Assembly: GCF_000341895.1 (NCBI RefSeq)
Contig: NC_020409.1
Location: forward strand, 1,350,001-1,382,000
Source of the DNA: Pseudodesulfovibrio piezophilus C1TLV30
Lineage (GTDB): Bacteria; Desulfobacterota; Desulfovibrionia; Desulfovibrionales; Desulfovibrionaceae
Direction: 5' to 3'
Length of the DNA stretch: 32,000 nucleotides
A model generated the notes under the pieces. The model was not told the origin of the DNA, searched no databases, and was given only the letters and a program-made list of their open reading frames with translations. The position numbers and the translations under genes were made by a program. Positions 6,824-13,502 of the stretch are shown in pieces. Within the stretch, counting starts at the first letter, position 1. Each line of letters starts with the position of its first letter.

Positions 6824-7241
6824 CAAAATGATATACGGTGGACCGAACAAGCTGCTTGGCAAATACATCAAAGCGTATGGCGATGATTTGCTCACACGAC
6901 GAATCTCCGATCCAATCCCAAACGGATGGGCTGAAATAGTGATCGATATGTTCAGCCAAATAAAGCGTTACCACCCGGAGGCAAAAATCGCTTCCATGCG
7001 TATCGCTCCGGCTTCGAAGTACAGCAGCGGCATATTACGCCTTGGCTTTTCTACGCCTGACGAAGGAGACCCCATGCACCCTCCAAAACTTCCCCGGTCC
7101 CTCAAATGGATTACGGAGCAGGCCCGAAAGAAAACCTTCTCGACGTGCGCCGCATGTGGTCATCCAGTCGGTCACCTCACTTCTCTCAGCCTTTGCGCAC
7201 TTTGTGCGTGCAGGATAGGAGTGCGGCACTTTTCCGAATAA
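6813..7241 (+). CDS. Hypothetical 142-aa protein with a C-terminal Cys cluster (CAACGHP...LCALCAC); resembles small phage-type Zn-binding proteins
   Basis: GGAGGG lies 8 nt upstream of the ATG. The start overlaps the ATPase gene by 11 nt (coupled). The ...IASMRI...GILRLGF...CxxCG... layout resembles small phage proteins carrying a 'KEKFGGLRFY ... CxxCG' pattern (from memory, unverified). Confidence 0.65.
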   Translation: MKADKMIYGGPNKLLGKYIKAYGDDLLTRRISDPIPNGWAEIVIDMFSQIKRYHPEAKIASMRIAPASKYSSGILRLGFSTPDEGDPMHPPKLPRSLKWITEQARKKTFSTCAACGHPVGHLTSLSLCALCACRIGVRHFSE

Positions 7242-7293
7242 CACACCATTGCCCTCTTTAAGCAGTACTGCTACATGCTTCGATGAGGCGCAT

Positions 7294-7890
7294 ATGGACA
7301 ACACACAAGACCCATCCGACTTTCACTCATACATTGACAAACCTGGCCGAAAGATCAGTTACTCGCGACTTGCCCCTACGAATAAGACCAAACGCATTGG
7401 TGGCCTCATCACTGAGATACTGTTTGTGGACAAAGCAGGCTGCAAAACTGCCGAACTGCGCCCTGAGCTCGAGGCATGCCTCGACTTTCTGGAGGCCAAT
7501 GATGTCCTGTTTGTCGAATCCATGGCTCACCTCGGACGAAACACACGCGAGCTGGTAGACCTTGTACAGCAGATCACCGACAAAGAAGCAGGTGTGTTTT
7601 TTGTGGATGAGGACCTCGGTCTCGATCCGTCTAGACCGGACTTTGAAACCAACTTTCGGTGGATGCAATCAATGTACGACTTCGAACGGACGCTTGCGCA
7701 GGAACGCCGTAACGAAGGCCTCCTTGAAGCAAAGAAAAAAGGCGTCCGGCTTGGACGCCCCACCAAAATCAACGATGAACAGCGGAAAGAAATCCGCAAC
7801 AGATTCACTCACGGGGAAAAGGCCTTTGCATTAGCCAAAGAATATGGCGTTTCCGAGAGCCTTGTTTATCAGATTGGCAAGTTAAAATAG
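7294..7890 (+). CDS. Serine-recombinase (resolvase/invertase) homologue with a C-terminal HTH; catalytic Ser and other pocket residues substituted, so probably non-catalytic
   Basis: GAGG lies 5 nt upstream of ATG 7294. The resolvase core is recognisable: LRPELEACLDFLEANDVLFVESMAHLGRN...FERTLAQERRNEGLLEAKKKGVRLGRP...HTH. However, YSRLAPT replaces YARVSTxxQ, DKAGC replaces DKASG, and AHLGR replaces DRLGR. Confidence 0.8.
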   Translation: MDNTQDPSDFHSYIDKPGRKISYSRLAPTNKTKRIGGLITEILFVDKAGCKTAELRPELEACLDFLEANDVLFVESMAHLGRNTRELVDLVQQITDKEAGVFFVDEDLGLDPSRPDFETNFRWMQSMYDFERTLAQERRNEGLLEAKKKGVRLGRPTKINDEQRKEIRNRFTHGEKAFALAKEYGVSESLVYQIGKLK

Positions 7891-7915
7891 AATAGCCCCA
7901 TCACCCTACCCCAGA

Positions 7916-8251
7916 TTAACGAAACCACCCCTTGGTTGTCTTGAATTTCGCAACAAACAGCGAAAACAGATAAAAGGATCCCAAAGCGATTGCCGCCCCA
8001 GCAATCACTCCGACAATAGTGGATTCAAACACTGCCAACATGCTGAGTGAATACACGGCCACGAGAAACAAAAAAATCACGGCCACGAGAAACAAAAAAA
8101 TCATGGTCGTGAAGCCTCCCATCGTTATCTGACTCCCATGAGTAGCCTGACAACTTCCGCAGGTAGACGCCCCTTTAGGAATAAACTGCCCGCAGAACGG
8201 ACATGACGAATCTTCAGTCGTCGCCTCATAAGTAAACCCATGCTGGCTCAT
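7916..8251 (-). CDS. Zinc-ribbon (CPFC...CGSC) membrane protein with about 3 TM helices
   Basis: ATG 8251 has GGAG 6 nt upstream; the track start at 8263 has none. The N-terminal CxxC-x10-CxxC ribbon is followed by a hydrophobic C-terminal half. Confidence 0.6.
   Translation of the reverse strand: MSQHGFTYEATTEDSSCPFCGQFIPKGASTCGSCQATHGSQITMGGFTTMIFLFLVAVIFLFLVAVYSLSMLAVFESTIVGVIAGAAIALGSFYLFSLFVAKFKTTKGWFR
8056..8103. repeat. Perfect 24-bp tandem duplication (CGGCCACGAGAAACAAAAAAATCA x2) inside the zinc-ribbon membrane gene
   Basis: Copies at 8056-8079 and 8080-8103 are identical. The duplication is in frame and encodes a duplicated IFLFLVAV. Each copy contains an A7 run. Confidence 0.95.
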
Positions 8252-8288
8252 ATCAAACTCCATTCATGTATTTTGTGAACTCGAGAGC

Positions 8289-8317
8289 TACTTATAGTCT
8301 GTAGACTTATAGGAGTC
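8289..8317 (+). promoter_or_regulatory. C-box-like operator (TACTTATAGTC-TGTA-GACTTATAGGAGTC) upstream of the controller-protein gene
   Basis: Matches the GACT-N3-AGTC paired half-site architecture of C.AhdI/C.PvuII-type C-boxes as I recall them. Lies 35 nt upstream of the C-gene ATG and between the divergent genes. Confidence 0.55.
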
Positions 8318-8351
8318 AATTTCTCATGCGAATAATTGGAGGTTTATTCGC

Positions 8352-8591
8352 ATGGCAGGGAATTACACAAAGGATGAAAAGCGGTTCTTGAAGCGACTTG
8401 GATTAGCCATCAAGGACAGGAGAGTGGAGCAAGGCTTGTCACAGGAAAAGCTGGCCGAACTGACCGGACTTCACCGTACCTACGTTGGCTCTGTTGAACG
8501 AGGCGAACGCAACATCAGCGCACTCAACATAAAAAGCCTGGCCGATGCTTTGGAATGTCAGGCAAGCAATTTCTTCCGAGCGACAGAATAA
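8352..8591 (+). CDS. XRE-family HTH protein of the restriction-modification controller (C-protein) type
   Basis: GLSQEKLAELTGLHRTYVGSVERGERNISALNIKSLADAL matches the C-protein signature (G[LI]SQE.LA....[LI]HRTY[IV]..[IV]ERG.RN.S..N). GGAGG lies 10 nt upstream of the ATG. Confidence 0.85.
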   Translation: MAGNYTKDEKRFLKRLGLAIKDRRVEQGLSQEKLAELTGLHRTYVGSVERGERNISALNIKSLADALECQASNFFRATE

Positions 8592-8652
8592 CAGCTCCGA
8601 TTGGCAACAACTGTAGAAGTGGGACTAATCAACCTTCTCCGGCTACTCCCCA

Positions 8653-8687
8653 CGTTACTGTATGACTCAGGTAGTCATACAGTAACG
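8653..8687. terminator. Perfect 15-bp inverted repeat with a 5-nt spacer (CGTTACTGTATGACT-CAGGT-AGTCATACAGTAACG); likely a terminator or protein-binding palindrome downstream of the C gene
   Basis: Arms at 8653-8667 and 8673-8687 are exact reverse complements, followed by CTTTTGGG. Confidence 0.45.
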
Positions 8688-8813
8688 CTTTTGGGTAGTC
8701 CTCAATAACGCTCTCTGTCGCACTTCCATCCAACCAGCCAATCCAAAACCTCCCATATTCGATGAAATCTATTTCAAGTTCATCAAAATAGCGCCAATTG
8801 GCTTAGCTCATAG

Positions 8814-8946
8814 TGCAAAAAAGCAACTTTTTTGCAGAATTTTACAAATATCTCTAAAAGAAAAACAAAAAACAAAAGGGGCACTTTTTTGCCCCCTTGG
8901 CGTTACATTGTATAACTCGACCTGCAAGCGGGCACTTTTTTGTCCC
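8814..8946. repeat. Cluster of three ACTTTTTTG-containing palindromes in an AT-rich, ORF-free stretch
   Basis: TGCAAAAAAG-CAA-CTTTTTTGCA (8814-8836); GGGGCA-CTTTTT-TGCCCC (about 8878-8896); GGGCA-CTTTTT-TGTCC (about 8929-8945). Spacing is about 50-56 bp. Confidence 0.7.
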
Positions 8947-9320
8947 TTTTCTTGCCCCTTTTAATCAATTATTAAAAATTGTTGCGATTTTTTTTAACGA
9001 TGCTAAAATAGCGATTCTTCCTGAAAAAAGCGATATAGGAAGACACAGCGGCTCATGATCAATGCAATATGGCGTACCATTGAACACGAGTGAGCTTCTG
9101 TCGTTTAGCGGGACGCCTAGTATCGAAGTCAGCGGGGTGAGTGACCGCACACCCTGCGGGCGGCCTCAGGCCTCGGCTGTTGAGATGAACAGGGAGTGCG
9201 CAACCGAACCGCGCCCCGAAGTGTCATCCGGCCCAGAATCCCGCCCTCTATCTGAGGGCCCATTCCCTAACCAGTTCTTCTGGCGCTTGTTCGGCAACCT
9301 TCTCTCATGGAGGCTGCCTT

Positions 9321-9527
9321 ATGCAGCACCGCATCAAATTACTTACCATCCAAGAAGCCGCAGACATCCTGCGCGTTAACCGCACAACAATTTCACGCAT
9401 GATTTCCACTGGCGAATTACCTTGTGTCAGAGTAAGATCACGCAAGCTCATCCGAGAGCAGGATTTGCTCACGTTCATTGACAGCCAAATCGGAATTGAA
9501 ACGGGCGAAAGCTCGCAGGAGTACTAG
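9321..9527 (+). CDS. xis: Excisionase-family / AlpA-like HTH DNA-binding protein
   Basis: LLTIQEAADILRVNRTTISRMISTGELPCVRV is a typical excisionase-family HTH. GGAGG lies 8 nt upstream of the ATG. Sits directly upstream of the integrase. Confidence 0.8.
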   Translation: MQHRIKLLTIQEAADILRVNRTTISRMISTGELPCVRVRSRKLIREQDLLTFIDSQIGIETGESSQEY

Positions 9528-9530
9528 CTT

Positions 9531-10655
9531 ATGGCTACAGTAACGATTGCGAAATGCCCTAGAAAAAAGACCAAAGATGTATACCGCGTTGACTTCTACA
9601 ACCCGGAAACACAAAAGAAAGAGTATTACGGTACGTTCAAGAAAAAAGGCGATGCAAAAGCTGCAAAAGCCAAACTTGAAGTCGCAATAGATGGCGGTGA
9701 AGCAATAGAGGTCCCAAGAACAAATCGATCCCTGCGAAGCAAAACCGTTACCCACTTCTGCCACATCAAAGAAAAGGAGTGGAAAAGACGCGGGCAGGAA
9801 GGGAGTCTCAGTCCAGCCACTACATCCGACTATATAGGACGCCTCAAACGAATCCGAAAAGTGTTTGGGAAAAAGATAATCGGGACGATCACAGAAGAAC
9901 TTCTTCTCCAATTCCGAGCTAAAGAAGCGCATCGCAACTCACCAGCTTCGGCAAACAGATACCTGTTTGTCATCCAGCAAGTGATGAAACAAGCACTGAA
10001 AGAAAAAGCCATCACAAGCGACCCTGCCGCTTCGATCAAAAAGCTGAACGAAAAACAGCATGAACGAAAAAACTTCCTAACCCCCAAGGAAGTTGAGATT
10101 CTGTTGGCACAAGCTGCGAAACAGAAGACCAGACACTACATGGTGCTAGCCATTCTTCTTGGCTTGGAACACGGATGCAGCCGTCAAGAAGTTCTTGACC
10201 TGACATGGGCCGACATTGACCTTGAGTTCGGCGACCTAGGCTTAATCCGCTTTTACCGAACCAAAAACAAACAGGAACGACTCCACACCATCATGCCAAG
10301 GACGCGAGAGGCGCTCCTGAAACGAAAAGATCATCTTGAAAAAATGAGGGAGAAGCGCAGTATCAAAGTTGAAGCTGACTATGTCGCTGGACGCCTCAAC
10401 GGCACACGACTCACCAACTTCAACAGGGCTTGGCGAACCATCCGTGACGCATGCAGCTTCAAAAAGAAGCTCAACTTCCACGACCACCGCCACACGTATT
10501 GTACAAATATCGTACTAGCTGGAGGATCGACCAAACATGCGGCAGCCATGATCGGCCACAATGATCCGCGCATGACTGAACGCTACACCAACCTTGAAAA
10601 CCTGATCCACAATCCAGTGCAAGACAAGCTGGCCGCACACTGCCAAAATACATAA
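9531..10655 (+). CDS. int: Tyrosine-type site-specific integrase
   Basis: The C-terminal catalytic region has HDHRHT (H-x-x-R) and GHNDPRMTERY (catalytic Tyr). Adjacent to a tRNA 3' end. Confidence 0.95.
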   Translation: MATVTIAKCPRKKTKDVYRVDFYNPETQKKEYYGTFKKKGDAKAAKAKLEVAIDGGEAIEVPRTNRSLRSKTVTHFCHIKEKEWKRRGQEGSLSPATTSDYIGRLKRIRKVFGKKIIGTITEELLLQFRAKEAHRNSPASANRYLFVIQQVMKQALKEKAITSDPAASIKKLNEKQHERKNFLTPKEVEILLAQAAKQKTRHYMVLAILLGLEHGCSRQEVLDLTWADIDLEFGDLGLIRFYRTKNKQERLHTIMPRTREALLKRKDHLEKMREKRSIKVEADYVAGRLNGTRLTNFNRAWRTIRDACSFKKKLNFHDHRHTYCTNIVLAGGSTKHAAAMIGHNDPRMTERYTNLENLIHNPVQDKLAAHCQNT

Positions 10656-10710
10656 AAATCCCATTTGGGACATATATGGGACACGAAACCGTTTTCCGGC
10701 CTCAAACCAA

Positions 10711-10745
10711 AGAAAAAGGACCTCGGATAATTATCCGAAGTCCTT
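10711..10745 (-). terminator. Rho-independent terminator downstream of tRNA-Ala
   Basis: 14-bp stem (one mismatch) AAGGAC-C-TCGGATAA / TTATCCGA-A-GTCCTT (10716-10745), followed in the minus sense by TTTTT. Confidence 0.6.
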
Positions 10746-10755
10746 AACTTTCTTG

Positions 10756-10831
<76 letters not shown>

Positions 10832-10985
10832 ACGATGTTGGGTGGAGCGGTATTTAGCTAAGGCTGGATGAGATGTCAACTGAAAAAGAAAAACTGATCA
10901 GATTTTTTTGTGCGGCTCTTCATTGCTTCGTCTCCCTTCTTGAAGTAGGAAATACGGACGGTTGGACACGTATGGAGAATCAATG

Positions 10986-11981
10986 GCACATGTAATCAAA
11001 CGAATCCTGCTCAAGCTGCTATGGGTTGGCGTGGTGTTTTTCGGCATCACCGTCATTAGCTTTTGGGTGATTCATCTTGCTCCGGGGTCGCCCACAGATT
11101 TGCAGACAACGCTCAATCCCGATGCTGGAGTTGAGGCGAGAATGCAGCTTGAAAAGCTCTACGGACTCGATAAGCCCCTGCACATCCAATACGCCAATTG
11201 GCTGGAAAGATTGCTACAGTTCGACTTCGGACAATCCATGTCCGGCGATCATCGCCCCGTGTGGGATAAAATCAAGGAACGCCTGCCCCTGACATTTGGC
11301 ATGAATGTCGCCTCATTGATACTGACCTTACTCATTGCTGTTCCCATAGGCGTCGCCGCAGCGTGGTGGAAAGGAGGAGCCTTTGACAAAATATCCACGG
11401 TCGTCGTTTTCATCGGGTTTGCCATGCCCGGTTTCTGGCTGGCTCTCCTGCTTATGCTGTGGCTTGGTATCAACTGGCACATTCTACCAATTTCCGGCCT
11501 GACATCACTTGGTCATGAGAACATGTCCAGCCCGGCACAGATTTGGGATGTCACCAAACACCTGATCATGCCCATTTTCATTTATACGTCCGGGTCCTGG
11601 GCTGGCATGAGTCGCTTCATGCGATCTTCCATGCTTGAGGTACTCCGACAAGACTATATCATGACAGCCAGGGCCAAAGGGCTGCCAAGTCATGTTGTCC
11701 TCTTCAAACACGCCCTTCGCAACGCACTGATGCCGGTCATTACTATCCTTGGTCTCTCTGTTCCGTCACTCATCGGCGGGTCTGTCATCATTGAATCCAT
11801 CTTCGCCCTGCCGGGGTTGGGACAACTTTTCTTCCAGGCTGTCATGTCACGCGATTATCCGCTCATTATGGGCAGTCTTGTTCTTGGCGCGGTGCTGACC
11901 CTTCTGGGGAACCTGCTGGCCGATGTCGGATACGGCCTTGCTGATCCTCGTATTCGTCTTGGGCAGGGGAGACAACGATGA
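10986..11981 (+). CDS. ABC transporter permease, DppB/OppB (peptide/nickel) family
   Basis: The N-terminus MAHVIKRILLKLLWVGVVFFGITVISFWVIHLAPGSP and the overall TM pattern are typical of this family. GGAG lies 7 nt upstream of ATG 10986. Confidence 0.9.
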   Translation, partial: AHVIKRILLKLLWVGVVFFGITVISFWVIHLAPGSPTDLQTTLNPDAGVEARMQLEKLYGLDKPLHIQYANWLERLLQFDFGQSMSGDHRPVWDKIKERLPLTFGMNVASLILTLLIAVPIGVAAAWWKGGAFDKISTVVVFIGFAMPGFWLALLLMLWLGINWHILPISGLTSLGHENMSSPAQIWDVTKHLIMPIFIYTSGSWAGMSRFMRSSMLEVLRQDYIMTARAKGLPSHVVLFKHALRNALMPVITILGLSVPSLIGGSVIIESIFALPGLGQLFFQAVMSRDYPLIMGSLVLGAVLTLLGNLLADVGYGLADPRIRLGQGRQR

Positions 11982-12820
11982 AACGCAAACCTCTCAAACG
12001 CCCGGCTCCGTGGGCTCGCCATGCGTTGCTTGGCGTGGGAGTCATCATCGTCGGGCTTATGTCACTGGGAGCGATTCTTGCTCCATGGATTGCCCCATTT
12101 GACCCCTCGTTTATCAATGTTGACGCCCTACTCCTGCCCCCATCTGCAATCCACCCCATGGGCACCGATGCTTTGGGCAGAGATGTTTTTTCACGCATTC
12201 TGTACGGTGGCCGTGTCTCCCTCTGGGTTGGGTTTGTTGCCGTGGGCATAGCCACTGCCATAGGACTGACCCTCGGCTTGGTCGCCGGATATTTTGGCAA
12301 ACTCGTTGACGAGATCATCATGCGCGGAGTGGATGTCATGCTCTGCTTCCCATCCTTTTTCCTGATCCTGGCCGTGATCGCTTTTCTGGAACCAAGCTTG
12401 ACGAATATCATGATAGTGATCGGACTGACGGGATGGATGGGAGTCGCGCGACTTGTCCGTGCTGAAACCCTGACCATTCGCGAACGAGACTATATCATGG
12501 CTGCTCGAGCAGCCGGAGCCGGACCGACCCGTATCATCGTACGCCATATTCTGCCCAACGCCATAGCGCCCATCCTAGTCTCCGCGACCCTGGGCGTGGC
12601 AGGGGCTATCCTGACAGAATCATCTCTTTCCTTCCTTGGACTCGGTGTCCAGCCCCCGAACGCATCTTGGGGCAATATGCTGATGGAAGGCAAAGAGGTC
12701 CTCGGCATTGCATGGTGGTTGTCGGTTTTCCCCGGCCTGGCCATCCTGTTCACCGTCCTTGGATACAACCTTCTTGGCGAGTCACTGCGAGACTTGCTGG
12801 ACCCGAGATTGAAACAATGA
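11978..12820 (+). CDS. ABC transporter permease, DppC/OppC family
   Basis: HPMGTDALGRDVFSRILYGGRVSL motif. Start overlaps the upstream stop (ATGA). Confidence 0.9.
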   Translation: MKRKPLKRPAPWARHALLGVGVIIVGLMSLGAILAPWIAPFDPSFINVDALLLPPSAIHPMGTDALGRDVFSRILYGGRVSLWVGFVAVGIATAIGLTLGLVAGYFGKLVDEIIMRGVDVMLCFPSFFLILAVIAFLEPSLTNIMIVIGLTGWMGVARLVRAETLTIRERDYIMAARAAGAGPTRIIVRHILPNAIAPILVSATLGVAGAILTESSLSFLGLGVQPPNASWGNMLMEGKEVLGIAWWLSVFPGLAILFTVLGYNLLGESLRDLLDPRLKQ

Positions 12821-13308
12821 GCACTCCATACACCCGATCCGCCACAGAAGATGATGTCTTCGCCATGGAACAAATCATGCGCGATGCCTTTGAAAACAGC
12901 TATGCCCATTTCATGCCTGAGCAATACGTCCGCGCCTGGTTCGACACGAACCAAGCGCAAAAATCCGTCCGAGTCGGACTGGGGCGGGCAGGCGTCACTG
13001 AAATCATGGGTCGAGTTGTCGGATTTGTCATGTATCTGGACAATACCATCACCCAGTTGTGGGTAGACCCGAAATACACCCGAAAAGGGGCAGGACGAGC
13101 TTTGGTGGAATGGATTGAAGGAGAATATCGCACAAAAGGCTATCCGACCATTACTCTCTACTGCTATGAAGCCAATCGTGATGCCTTGGAATTTTACAAA
13201 AAACTTCGCTTCCGGCGCGCTTCTACATTCCAGTCACAAGACGTACAGGGAGGTCCAGTCCCGGTGTATACCATGCTCAAAATGGTTTCGAAATTCAAAA
13301 ACACATGA
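12817..13308 (+). CDS. GNAT-family N-acetyltransferase
   Basis: LWVDPKYTRKGAGRALVEWIE (acetyl-CoA binding Q/RxxGxG/A motif). ATGA overlap with the permease stop. Confidence 0.8.
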   Translation: MSTPYTRSATEDDVFAMEQIMRDAFENSYAHFMPEQYVRAWFDTNQAQKSVRVGLGRAGVTEIMGRVVGFVMYLDNTITQLWVDPKYTRKGAGRALVEWIEGEYRTKGYPTITLYCYEANRDALEFYKKLRFRRASTFQSQDVQGGPVPVYTMLKMVSKFKNT

Positions 13309-13502
13309 GTTCAAGATATCCAGCGAACAAAGAAAAAACACACCTCGTTCCCGCTCCACGGCGAGAGTGAAATGCCCTGCTCCTTCCTCTTTTCCCCTGC
13401 GCCGCCATGGTGTATAAGGAGTTTTGTTGCGTTGAATTCAATGGCATTCTCCGGGCTTCCTTGAAGAGGAGTCATCCAACTTTTTCATCAGGCTGGTAAT
13501 AC

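Noticed and set aside
8656-8684. TACTGTAT...ATACAGTA resembles the arms of an E. coli-type LexA SOS box
   Set aside because: The CTGT and ACAG elements are 17 nt apart rather than the 8 nt of the gamma-proteobacterial box. That box type is not expected in a delta-proteobacterial-like genome. No SOS gene is adjacent.
9062-9379. 105-aa ORF upstream of and overlapping xis
   Set aside because: It has no SD, gives a low-complexity Pro/Ser/Arg-rich product, and overlaps the well-supported xis start by 59 nt. The region is better explained as a GC-rich leader or RNA.
13430-13443. The palindrome TTGAATTCAA about 60 nt upstream of recN, as a possible LexA operator
   Set aside because: It is only a 10-bp EcoRI-type palindrome, which can occur by chance. 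I know of no LexA motif for this lineage that it matches. It cannot be supported without comparative data.
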